DNA of 64,000 bases from Oikopleura dioica (lineage: Eukaryota; Animalia; Chordata), in NCBI GenBank assembly GCA_907165135.1, contig OU015569.1:3472001-3536000 (forward strand), given 5' to 3'. The notes below the pieces were generated by a model. It saw only the letters and a program-made list of their open reading frames with translations, ran no database searches and was not told where the DNA came from. Positions within the stretch are counted from its first letter, which is position 1; each line of letters begins with the position of its first letter. The position numbers and the translations under genes are program-made. Positions 52,740 through 64,000 of this stretch are shown here, in pieces.

Positions 52740-54092
52740 TCAGGAAAATTGCCAACGTGGGAAATCAAAGAAATTTCATCAAAGAAGTTTCCGAGGATAT
52801 TCTTCGCCGGCGAAGGAGCGAACAAAACACATATGCTGCCAATGAATTTAACGAATAATTTTGGATTCGATGAGCCTAGCGAGACGGAAAATAAAGGGAA
52901 ATACCGGTGGAAAATCGGCGACCATTTGGCCTACCGCTACGAGCTCTTGAAGTATCTGGGCGGGGGTACATATGGAGAAGTGCTCAAGGCTAGAGATCAC
53001 ATGCTAGAAAAGGATGTGGCCATTAAGGTTCTCAACAATTACACGTCAATGTAAGCTTATAAATCTTGAAAAACGAGTAAACCCAACTTTAGAGCGAAAC
53101 ACACGATGGTAGAATATAATATTATAAGCAAAATAAACAAAGCATTCCCGCATTCACCATTCTTCATTGTAAATATCGACAACTTCAAATTTCGCAATCA
53201 TTTCTGTATGGTATTCGAGCTACTTGGGTATGGAATAATAAAATTTGCTGTATGTTATTAACGATTTTCAGAAAAACTGCCTACGATGTCTATGAGACAG
53301 AAGCATTTAGAAAAAATACTGAGCTTTTCAAGTCGTATGTTTCGGACTTGCTCAAAGGATTGGTGCTTATTCATTCCCTGGATATTCTTCACAACGACCT
53401 TAAACCTGTAAGTTTCTTTAATTGAAGATCATCTTACTATTTCTAGGATAATTTACTTTCTCCGCTCGAGCGTATTGATAACGAGCCCCGGATAAGAATA
53501 ATGGACTTCGGGCTAAGCTGCGTGCTTGGCTCTAGTAAGGACAGATGTCCTTCTTACTACGTCCAGACTCGCTATTACCGTTCTCCAGGTAAGATTAATC
53601 GAATGATTTTTTCACAAAAAAAAAATTAAGAAGTCATGCTGGCGATGAATTACACCACTCAATCAGACATGTGGTCGATGGGAGTGATCATCGGGGAGAT
53701 GTTTCGCGGCTCAGAATTCATTTTCGGAGAGACTGAGCCAGATCAGATGGCATCGATAATGGAGAACATTGGACTCCCTCCTGTACCATTCATCGAGAAA
53801 GGAGTTCGAAAAAGGATTTATTACGGTTAGGATGAAAATCATCAGTTTATGTTGAAATCTGCTTTTAGAGGGGGTTCATTACAAAACTGAAAAGGGTTTC
53901 CAGCGTCGCCCTTATCGTAAGTCGATTCCGAAAACTCTGGGCCTTATTTCGCCGGATGACGATTTGTTTCACGATTTCCTGCGTCGTCTGCTTCAATGGG
54001 AGCCAGACAAAAGAATGACTGCCGCGGAAGCACTTAACCACCCCTGGTTAACAGGAATCGACGAAGACATGAGGCGAATTCCAGCTCTGTAA
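52740..54092 (+). CDS. DYRK-family (class 2-like) protein kinase, divergent; multi-exon; 5' end not resolved
   Basis: DH-box-like NNFGFD...GDHLAYRY, GGGTYG, VAIK, FRNHFCMVFELL, HNDLKP, DFGLSC, YYVQTRYYRSPE, DMWSMG. Confidence 0.88.
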
Positions 54093-54169
54093 CTACTTTT
54101 TATATAACGCTCATAGGTTCCCAATAAAGTTCATTCAATAATGTTCAAGGAGGAGTTTTGTAAGAGTTT

Positions 54170-55230
54170 ATTCGGCTCTTTGGATTTTATTTTTAAATGC
54201 GCTTGCAGAGGACTGCGTTGAGAAAACCTGAGGAGGAGGCGGCGCTCTGATCGCAGAAAGAACTAGCAAATAAATAATCGTTGAATGATCGTCTTAGGAA
54301 CCTTGGAAGGATTCCGCGTTTCTCAGTTCCAGCTCTGTGTCTTCTCATGAGCTCGTGACCTCTTCCGAATACATGCCCCGTCCAGGTCAGCGGATTAAGT
54401 TGACCCAGCGAGTCCAGGAGTTCCTTTCCCTCGTTTTTGATTAGTAAAAAAGAGAACTATCACTGAGATTCAATTAAGCATTTTCAAAAACTTGACTGGG
54501 TTTTCTCTCCATACGAATGAGCGAAAATAAACAACAAAGACAGTTTCATGATTTAAAATCTTGTCTCTTTAAGATTATGATAATCCTTTTACTCGACTTC
54601 ACTAGTGATGAGTTTTAAATAGAGGACTCGCCTTAATAATGGATCGCCCAATTGATTCAGAAGACCATTTTGGGTCTCGAAACAATGAGCAGGAAATCCT
54701 AAATGATTATATTGGGAATCGAAGAAGAGAAAATATATCTTTCAGACCGCGACTTCAATAAGAAATAATGTCTAAATTGACAACTGGGTTGAATAAGAGG
54801 AAAATTTATTTAACAGATTCGCGCGAAAATAAATCCAGTTTAACTTTATGCGAATAGTTTCCTTTAACAAATTCACTTATCGAAATTTCTTCTGGAATAT
54901 CATATCCTTTTCGTTTTTCTTTAATGCTTTCTAGCGAGCTTTCAGGATCATTTCGGGTGAGTGTTCGCATAAGACCCATTTTTCGTTGCTCTCGTTCGTT
55001 TTCCACTTCGAAATTCACCATGAATGCAACTTTAGATGGCTTTAAAGGTACGTTAATTAATATTACTTCAAGGAGTGCTTCAAAGCCGTTCCTAATGCAT
55101 GGCCGCCAGTAAGTCCAAGGGCACCGCATTTTAAAAAGAAATGCTTATTATCAGAAGTCGGTCGCATCGTCCGATAAAACGAGCTCACTATTGGCATCTT
55201 ACGAAGTATCTCCGCGATTCGAAGAAGCAT
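54170..55230 (-). CDS. Unidentified multi-exon gene downstream of MZT2
   Basis: Same-strand open exons (e.g. 54806-55129 and about 54290-54430) with GT/AG boundaries; no family recognised; boundaries approximate. Confidence 0.45.
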
Positions 55231-55313
55231 GCCGACGATTTCTAAATCTAACATAGTTTTAGTATCTTAGAAATGGTAGTTATCGATTATCGTACAGTGG
55301 ACTATTGCAGTGA

Positions 55314-55628
55314 TCATTTCGAGCTGACCCTTTTTTGAGGATTGCCTGGTGCCTCGCGACTTTGAGTACGTTTCTTCGTTCCCACCCGTTCCATTTGTGC
55401 TAGTTGTATTTTAGCTTGATTTGAAGGAACTCCGTAAGGGGATTTTTCCGTAGTTTCTTGGAGACACTTCACGATCGCTTCCGGGTGCACATCCGCTTTG
55501 AGCAGCTCCACGATGCAGCGGAATAGCGTGGGATCAACGTCAACCCCTGCGTAATGGGAAAGCTCGTAGAGCTTGAAAGTTTCTTCGTCGTAGTCTTTTA
55601 GGCAGCGAGGGATATCGCGAGAGCTCAT
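55314..55628 (-). CDS. MZT2: Mitotic-spindle organizing protein 2 (MOZART2)
   Basis: EETFKLYELSHYAGVDVDPTLFRCIVELLKADVHPEAIVKCL aligns with recalled MZT2 ELYELAQAAG..IDPDVFKILVDLLKLNVAP; single exon. Confidence 0.8.
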   Translation of the reverse strand: MSSRDIPRCLKDYDEETFKLYELSHYAGVDVDPTLFRCIVELLKADVHPEAIVKCLQETTEKSPYGVPSNQAKIQLAQMERVGTKKRTQSREAPGNPQKRVSSK

Positions 55629-56391
55629 TCTTCAACAACAATGATCACTTTTTGGCCTTACGACGCGATGCCAACTTGAAAGATGTCCTGCCTTGCAAGC
55701 CTGCGAGTTTTTGCAAAATCAAGAGTCAAGGGTTTTTGAATCATTCGTGATGTCTATTTTTTCATTGGTATTAATTCAAGTATTTTGTTGCACAGAAAAC
55801 CGAAAAAAGTAATAAGGATAAGCTGAACTTTGAAATAACGAAGCCTTAAATATGCATGTAATGTCTCTTATTTGAATGAACTGTGAGTGTTATTTATTCT
55901 AGTGTACTGTATCGTACTGTCGCAAGACCATACTGCACGAAGGATGACAGTATAGAGATGCAAAATAGAGAGATTTGTACTGCACGCGAGTCGCTAAAAT
56001 TTGAATGAGTTTTTTTTTTGTCCTATCGGCGCGACTGAAACAGTAGCTACGGCTTAAACGGTTACATTTTTGCTAAAACCTTGGGAGCCAGGATTAGCCG
56101 TTGTTTTCGTACATTTGAAAAATCGGTGGCGTAGAAAAAGTAAAATTTAAATAATTAATTAAAACTGTTCAAGTGATGTAAAAAGGCAGCACCCCATCGG
56201 CAGGATCAGGAACGCACCTAGGGCGTAAATGATCACGAGGAGCCTGAGGGGGGCAGTATTTCCAGACAAAAATAGTAATAATAAAGGTGCGTTTTGGGGC
56301 TTGTCATTGTTTTATGTTGATGATTTTCGAATGTTCACATGTAGATTCACAGGTTGTAAGTGTGTGAAAGAAGTGAGAAGGGAAAGTGTAC

Positions 56392-57034
56392 TCAGGCTTT
56401 GATTCCCTCGAATTCGATGATTCCGGAACCGGAGGTTCTGATGTCGGGGAGAGAGGCAAGATCGCCGATGCGATCCGAGGCTTCGAGCTCGTCTCGTCCG
56501 GTTAATTGCCATTCGACCTTGAAAATTTGTTTGGGAGAGGACTAACTAAGAATCTAACCTGGACGCCGTCGAATTTCTTTTTTAAAGCATCCTTTGAGGA
56601 GGCGGAAACCATCTTCTGTTTGATAGAGGCAGTGGAAGGAGCCCAAACGATGAAAGTGAGTTTTGTTCGTGTTCCTGCAGGAAGACCAGATCCCATGTCA
56701 ATCTTCATCTCAACGTCGTAAATTCTAAAAAAAAATAAGAAATTAAGAAAAAGCTCGAGCGTACCCGTATCGGCACTCGTTGTCTGGGAGATTGGAGGTC
56801 CAGTTCTTCCAGGCACTGTCTGATCCAGCGGCGATGATAGAGTCCTCGCTTTTCCAGGGTTGTCATTTTGCTTGCATTTAATTTTATTGATTGTTTATGT
56901 TAAAACCCGTGCCAGACGATGATTTCTTTCATGTTGTCGGAAAGCTTGAAGTTGCAGGCCTTGATCTTCTTCGACTTGAGCGCTTCCCACTGCTTGATGC
57001 AGGCATCGTTGACTTTCACTCCGGACATAGCCAT
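56392..57034 (-). CDS. Cofilin/ADF; multi-exon
   Basis: MAMSGVKVND, LPDNECRYG|IYD, KLTFIVWAPSTASIKQKMVSASSKDALKKKFDG. Confidence 0.93.
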
Positions 57035-57404
57035 CTTTACAAAGGTTTAATACGCTCTGTCTGAAATAATGAAAATCAATCTTTGTTGGATCAAAACATA
57101 CGATTCAGGAGAGTTTGCAATAGAAGGTTATATAAATTTAGGCAATATGGGTCAGTTAAAAAGAGATTAATGAAGTTGGTGAATGTCTGGGACAAGGAGA
57201 AAAAACGTGGCAGGTGAAGTGAAATGGGGAGGATGGGTTCTAGGAATATCGTTTTGTTGGTGGTTTTGGAAAGTGGGGAACAGAGGTGAAGATATATGTT
57301 TCTAGAGAAAAAAGGAGGAAGAGATCGTTTTCTTGAGGAGGCTTTAAGTCATTAATTGATAAGAGAGATGATTATATTGGACTACGATTGGGAGTATGAT
57401 CAAT

Positions 57405-59686
57405 TCAATTTTTATAATACTCCTGTTTATATCCGTTGCCAGCGTAGCCTGCTCTTGCTTCTGAAATAGCGATTTGCTTGTAAGGTAAGAGTTTCGAAGG
57501 CTCTAAAACCTGGTGGGACGGAAGGATTGTAGTATTGACTGGAGCCTGAAGCTGCTTCACTGCTGGACTTACTCTCCTGCCCCTTTTCCCTACTGAAAAC
57601 GCATATTAGCTCAATTGGCGTTTGAATCTTTTATACATTATCCGATCCCTTTTTCGAAACTCCAATGGCAGAATGCGATACAAATACTTTGCATTTTATC
57701 GCATCAAGTTAAGAGAGGGAATCAAGGAACGGATATTTGACCTGTATTGCGTTGAGAAGAGTTGCCGATAATAGTTGCAATTAAGCTTATACTGCAATTC
57801 TTGATTTTCACTGAGGGCGTCAAAAAAGACGAACCATTTCCGCTTTGACTATGCAAGGGGAGAATTTAAAAGCCAAAATGACAATTGAAATCGCAGGACC
57901 AATCACATTCGAGCATTTAAAAAATCAGAAAAAATCGAGAATCGCGGTAGAAATCAAAGACGATGGAGGTAAACGAAATTAACGAAAGAATAAAATCAAA
58001 ATAACAAAAAGGAACTAAAAAGAGGCGGTACAGCATGTACTCTAATCGAGTCTTCGATTAGGGAGTTAAACAATTTTTCTAAGGATATATAGCGGAGTAA
58101 ACGTTCGAGTCACTCAAATGACTACCTAGATCCATTTGCAGCCGGATCGGCGATATAAGAGCCGCTACGACCGCTGTCGTAGCCACTTGGCGCTGCTGCA
58201 TACGCAGAGTTGTCTCTAGAAGGAGGCCCAGGAGGTGGCGCCGGATATCCTCCGTGGGTATGAGGAGGGGGATCACGTGGCGGATAGCCGCGGTCGGAAT
58301 AGCTATCACGAGGCGGAGGAGGATGCCCACCATATCTGTTTTGCTCCGGTGGGCCATACCGATCATAATAATCCCTTATTTCTGGCTGTCTAAGAAAGCT
58401 TGCCAATTTGCAGCAATGCCAAAGTGCGTGTTAAACTACAATAAAGCCAGTTCCTTGGAGGACCGTAACGGTCTACAGGCGGTCTATCGTAACTACTGCC
58501 ATATCGATCGTATCCTCTAGGCGGGGATCGTTCTCTTGCGTAGGGATCTCCATATCTCTCCTGTGGAGGACCATATCTATCCCTTGGATAGCCTCGATCT
58601 TCATAGCCTCCCCGATCGTAGCCTCTATCATATCCTCCTCTATCGTGATAGCCGCCGTGGGGAGGACCTCGTCGATGGTAGCCACCGTGCTCGTCGTCGT
58701 ACGGCCGACCGTACGGATGATGGCCGCCATAATGCTGCCGGTGATTTCGGTCGTGTGCGCCGCGGCGCTGCTGACTTTCACGCCTCTTCGTGGCCGTCTC
58801 GATTTGAAATCTCGTTAGCGCTTTTCGCGTCTCAACCGGACGCCCGGCAACCTTAACGAGGATAAATGAAGCTGCTGAACTTATAAACACTTGTTGCTCG
58901 CACGTCACAATACATCTTACAGCAATAAGGCAATAATCAAACACGAAAGCAGTATTTTTTCTCTCAAGGACTTACCGTGTGCTTCTCGCCAACTATTCTG
59001 TCGACGGGATCATGGTCTTGAAAAGTGATGAAAGCCTGTCCCTTGTCGGAGTGAAGCTCGAACTCTTGAATGGCGCCAAAGCCCTCGAAGTATCCCCTGA
59101 TCTCTGACTCCGTGAGATCGCCGATCGAGCCGATATATAGTTTCGTGGTCGATACTGCAGCTGCCGGATCCCGGGACTCGTTCCGAGAGATCGCTCGCTT
59201 TGGCTCAAGTACACGCCCGGCAACCTTTAAAGTAATCGTTAGTACTATGACTGGGAAGAAGCTTTCACCTTGTGAGGCCGATTATTCATGACTTGGTCGA
59301 CGGCCGTGCCTCTGGTGAAAGTAACGAACCCAAAACCCTTTGCAAACTTGGTTTTGGGGTCCTTGGGCACCACACAATCCACTATCTCTCCGAAACTCGA
59401 AAAATGATTTTTGAGCATTTCTGTAGCTAGTTTCATTATCATGCCGAGTTCAATTAGCTGCTGTATAGTTTGCAATACACCAAACAGTATGTTTGCAGGA
59501 TTGATACATGTGAGATGTATGCTAGACGCAAAAGCTTTAATGCTTGTCAGAATTATTGATACGAAATGACTGTAATGACTCTATTCCTTCATCCGCCTCA
59601 TAAGGCAAATTCCCGATGAAAATTTTCCTTGCTTGCTCAGGCTCATTGAATTCATCGTCGAGTATGTGGTGCGAGCTTTCCGACAT
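57405..59686 (-). CDS. hnRNP A/B-like protein: two RRMs plus a G/Y/R/D/P low-complexity tail; the shorter reading ends at 58122
   Basis: RNP2 KIFIGNL, RNP1 KGFGFVTF, VLEPKRAISR, KLYIGSI, VETRKAL; YDRG/DRYGPP repeats; TTTCAG directly precedes the ATG. Confidence 0.88.
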
Positions 59687-59940
59687 CTGAAAAGATAGCC
59701 TGGTTTTTGACTGGTTCACTGAAGCAAACGCTGGTTAACCTGAACCAATTGACCTTGGGGGACAGGGACTCGCCATGCATCAAGAATAGTACAGTGCAGA
59801 TTACGGTCAAAAATAAAGCTCATGCGAGGTAAAACTGTGAATGTCAAGTCAGCTTGCTGATCACAACCAACATTAAGCAAATAGTCTAGTTATTATTCGA
59901 CAGATCACAATGATTGTAAGATGCTAGAAAAGTTTCATAG

Positions 59941-60636
59941 TTATTTTTTGCCGTGTCTCGCTCTTTTCTCAAGCGCCTCAGCTTCCTGTTTAAATGCCTC
60001 AACGAATTGAGTTGAGAAGGTCTCTAAGTCAATAACATCTTCTACCAGGCCGAGCGACTTTGCAAGTTCGTATCTTACTTCCAGCTCTACTACTGTAATA
60101 CTATCATCAGGGGTTTGCGTGAATAGTTTCTAGAGAAAACTAAAGTCGAATGGAGGTCAAACCCGTGGCCATTTTTTCTTGGAGTGAATTTCCACCTCGT
60201 GTCGAGGAATTTCAACGGGAAAGAGGTGCTATTCTGCGCTAGAATCTCGCTCTCCGAGTAAGTAAGCTTAGACTTCCAACTGTGTCTTATCGGGCCGAAC
60301 TTGATGTCAATCTGACCTAGAAATGTTCAGAGAAATGAATTCACAGTCGAGAAGCGCTAACCGCTCGACTTGTCGGACGAAAGGATGGAATTTTCGCAAA
60401 AGGGCACGAAATTGGAATAATTGCCGACGTCAGCCACAACGCCGTAAATAGTCGCCATCTCAGCGCGAATAACTTTCCCCGAGTGAAAAATCGCCTTTTA
60501 GAAAGGTCCTTTTCATTATCTCTCTCTCTCTCTCTTTCGTAGTTAAATGAAGATCGTCTTTTGTCACTCTGACTTCACGCTTGTGCAAAGTGGCGAGGCC
60601 ACGGCACAATTTACCCAAGCCCAAAATCCGACTCAT
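59941..60636 (-). CDS. COQ10: Coenzyme Q-binding protein COQ10 (START-like); multi-exon
   Basis: IYGVVADVGNYSNFVPFCENS, IKFGPIRHSWKSKL, LDTRWKFTP, and terminal VEAFKQEAEAL. Confidence 0.75.
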
Positions 60637-60772
60637 TCTTTGTGTCGACCGAGCGGTTCGACCGATTCGATTTTTTCTCTGAAAAAAAAGTAAAAAAATA
60701 ACACCCTCGAAAAAAACCGTCCACCCGGACCGAGAATGCGCATTATGCAATTGTCGTTGAACATCGAGTCTG

Positions 60773-61022
60773 TCAGTAAATACGCGTTATGCATCTCTTG
60801 CTTCGAGCCTGGTAGAAAGAAGTATTTAAAAACGTCGCAAGGAAAATAATAATTCGGCAAACTGAGTATTTTTTGTATTGATTTTTCGCTGAGTCAAGAG
60901 TCACTGAGACATCAGGCTCCTTTTTAACCCTACGCTCGAAATTGGTATAGAAATAGGCTGAACTCCCATAATTGTTACCTGAATTTAATAAAGGAATCAA
61001 GCTGAAAATGCGGATCATTGCG
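60773..61022 (-). CDS. Possible small unidentified gene between the upstream gene and COQ10
   Basis: Open frame MIRIFSLIPLLNSGNNYGSSAYFYTNFERRVKKEPD... with a plausible short intron; weak support. Confidence 0.25.
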
Positions 61023-61369
61023 TTTGTGTATAAATTGGTTTGAGGATGAAATGGTAAGGAATGAATACTGTGAACTGGGAAGAGTACAATGCGAACATGA
61101 AAGCCGATCTTTCTCTGTTGCTTTTGAAGAAACATTAATGAGAATGATATCAAGTATCTTCACGCTTGGCGGATAAATACACTAATCAAGCGAGAAAATG
61201 TTACCGGCTCTGATGGGGCTCTGGAATGACAGTTTTTAGAATCTCTCTCAATCTCTGAGTTACTGTAAGTTTTTTGTATGTTTTTGGAGTTTTATATTGA
61301 CAGGAAGTTAGTCAATTGGTGAGATCTCTGCTCGTCAATGAGTAATCACTTCGCCGGGATCTCTATCAT

Positions 61370-62642
61370 TGTTGTTCACTAACGGAAGTGGCCTTCGCTG
61401 CGGGGCGATTTGCACCGCCTCCACCCCTTCCATGCGCCGACCGTTCTTTCTTTTTACCCCCTGCTACCGCTGCGCTGCTACTGTCGATATTCTTACGATG
61501 GAATTTCACAACTGTCATTTATGATCAAAACTAATTTACTGGCAATCAGAGATTTCCGTTTCCTTTTGTGCGTCATTGAGCGGCTGGTTTTTACTTCTAG
61601 CAACTCTTCCACCTCTATTGCCTTTTCCACGACCTCTGTCGCTCCTTTGAGATCGATTCTGCCCGTTTTCTCGGGCACCGTTGGCTTCGTTTCTTTGGCC
61701 GCTTTTTCTGGAGCTGTTTGAGTTAGACGAGGAAGTACCAAGAAGTGCACGCTTGTTCGGAGCGAATTTGACAAGTTCTTTTATAAGAAAGTTACTGATA
61801 AGAGTGACCAGTCGTGGAGCTCTCCGAGATACTATGAGTGTATCTAGGTCTTTTGACGAATTCGATTCTTCTGAAAAATATTATTCGAAAAAATCGTATT
61901 AACGGATTGTGTTGTCAAAATCGTAAATAATTATATCGCAGATGCGTTTTAGAATTTCTCTAGAAATTTTGAGCCGTGACCAGGCTCGTTCCTCTTTATG
62001 CGCTCCAAAAATGGCTTTGGCCTTGTCTACAAAATTAAATGAATCATTTGAAGCATCACACTGGCACAAAAGATGAGCCAGAGTCTCCCTATTTGGGCAT
62101 TTTTCAAACTTTAAAGAAATCAATGCGGTCGATCGAAGGTAGCAAAAAGCATGTTACCTAACGGTTTCCACTGCGTAGTAATTGTCGACTCGCAGATTTC
62201 GGTATAAATCCAGACTCTTTTCCGGTGTGTCAATTCCCCGACAATTTGGGAATGCACACCCACAGCTTCACTTGCGTAAACTTTGGCAGCTTTAAGAAAC
62301 AAATTAGGTCGCAATTCAAAACGAAGTGTCAGAACACTTACTTGCGTTTCCTTCCGTAGCCATGATCGCCTTCAACATTTCTACAGTGTCGGTAACATCA
62401 CTCTCGTTGTTTAGTTCAAGCTTCATATAAACGAATTATTAACTTTTGCTCTTTTATTGAAAGCAAATACCTCAGTTGGTTCTAGCTTCTTGCTAATGCA
62501 CAACTTATCAATCACTCCACTAGCATTCGTGATGGTCGTTTCGTCGGGAATGTAGTTCTCCATTGTTCTCAACTGCTTCTCTTCCTTGTTTTCACCGGTC
62601 GCTTTCAGTAAAATCACAAAAAGCGACCGACTTACGCAGCCA
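61370..62642 (-). CDS. Unidentified multi-exon gene downstream of COG5 (helical core, basic/Gly C-terminal tail)
   Basis: Chain of same-strand ORFs 62423-62668, 62120-62314, 61899-62123 and 61493-61774 separated by short intron-like gaps; boundaries approximate. Confidence 0.5.
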
Positions 62643-62816
62643 TGGCTAAACGGCCCCAGATTAAGCATTTCACATAATTTTTATGAATATATAAGTTTAT
62701 GCTTGGTATTGCGGAAGTCCCGGAGCAGTTTAAAAGTTGGGGCGTGTATATGTGACAGAAAGAAGGTCGACAGAAAGTTCATAATTAATACTAAAGCAAA
62801 TGTGGTCTCTGGCAAG

Positions 62817-64000
62817 TCAAATAGACAAGCCCTGTTGTAAAAGTTGAGTTATCGAAGTGATTTCATGAACAAACTCGGTTTTATTTTCGAGAGTGGCGTT
62901 CTTCGTGTAATTTTCGACGGTGCCTTTTAGAAGTGACAGGCGCTCTTTCTCACTCTCGTGATCGTCTAGCCATTGCGAGTATCTAGGGAATAAGACAAGG
63001 TAACACCAGTTGTAAATTGTCAAACTACTAGTACCTGCTACGGCTCCAGTCTGCTACTTCAAAAGGCGATTTTAATTCTTCGGCTGCCCTTGATATTAAT
63101 AGCGTGATACAAGTAGAGTGAGGAACGCTTTCTCCAATACATCCACTATTTAGGATATCTTCTTCGGTGGCGCAGACGAGTGGCCTCACCGCTCGGAAGG
63201 TCTGATAAACTTTATCCAGGTCACATAGTCTCGAACAGAGTGGCGAAAGAGCCTCTTCGAAAAATTTGAAGTCATTGGAAATCTTCTGCTTGCCGCCTTG
63301 ACTGATCGGACGAATGAGGGTTATGTGGCGTATAAACAGTTTTAACGCACGACCAGCTAGAGGGCTTAAATTCTGTGCAAGAAAAGCGCGAGCATGGATA
63401 AAACTGAAATGGTCCTTGTATGAGTTCAGTCTGCTACTAGTAGATTCATAATATCTTTGTGAATGAAAATGGCAACAATAAAACTTCGAACTCGATTCCT
63501 TCGCGACACGTTTGATGAAGGTCTCAAGCTCTCTGATGAAAAGGGACGGCTTGTCTGTTACGCTGGACTCGTCTATAGAAAAATCCTCCTTGTGCATAGT
63601 AAGTATGATTGATTCTATTGCATCAGCGACAGAGGCAAAGATCGGTTCCATGATCGTCTCCTTGAGCTGTTCGCATGAGTCCAACATCGAAGTAAAGCCG
63701 ATTTTCGCGGTTTCAGTAAGGCTTTCTCTTTTATTTCGGATGGCCAAAGAAAGGATTAAATGATTTTTCGTTAAAAAGAACAATCCGTGCCTATGATCTG
63801 CCTGTGTTCCTTCCAAGTACTCAGACAATATATATGTGGAGTTAACAAGGCCGTAGTTTTGAACCTGAGTGTCATTCATTGGTCCAATAACTTGAGCACT
63901 ATTCGGTGTTCTCGTGACGAGCCCTTCGACTTTTGCAATGTAAAGATTAACAGCCTGCTCAATGTTCTTTATGATATCGTTTTGTAGTTCGTCATCAAAG
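62817..64000 (-). CDS. COG5: Conserved oligomeric Golgi complex subunit 5, 3' part (continues beyond the window)
   Basis: ESIILTMHKEDFS, PSLFIRELETFI, LFIRHITLIRPISQGGKQK..DF..FE, SPFEVADWSRSRYSQWLDDH.SEKERL. Confidence 0.92.

Overview
This is a gene-dense eukaryotic (animal) region with many tiny introns (about 30-65 bp), several introns that can only be closed with GA-AG or GC-AG ends, and runs of closely spaced same-strand genes with splice-acceptor-like sites right before the ATG. That pattern matches the larvacean tunicate Oikopleura (inference; no database search was possible). Family calls come from recalled motifs and manual exon joining, so internal exon boundaries are approximate. 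Recognisable genes: a tandem trypsin-trypsin-CUB protease, a K2P channel, NAA80, FAM91A1, two N-terminally membrane-anchored FABP-fold paralogs (one nested antisense in a FAM91A1 intron), MRPS18C, a beta-1,4-galactosyltransferase with an extra C-terminal hydrophobic helix, a divergent CoREST-like ELM2-SANT-SANT protein with repeat expansions, tRNA-Glu(TTC), an NR1H-like nuclear receptor with a variant P-box, kynureninase, a 3xC2H2 factor, MRPL51-like, a DDR receptor kinase, an NAD(P)H-dependent FMN reductase, TATDN1, a DYRK kinase, MZT2, cofilin, an hnRNP A/B-like protein, COQ10 and the 3' part of COG5. There are also several unidentified ORFs and two small non-autonomous DNA transposons (a TTAA-flanked MITE and a foldback element with a 9-bp TSD). 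The best leads are the anchored FABP-like pair, the doubly anchored galactosyltransferase and the CoREST-like protein.
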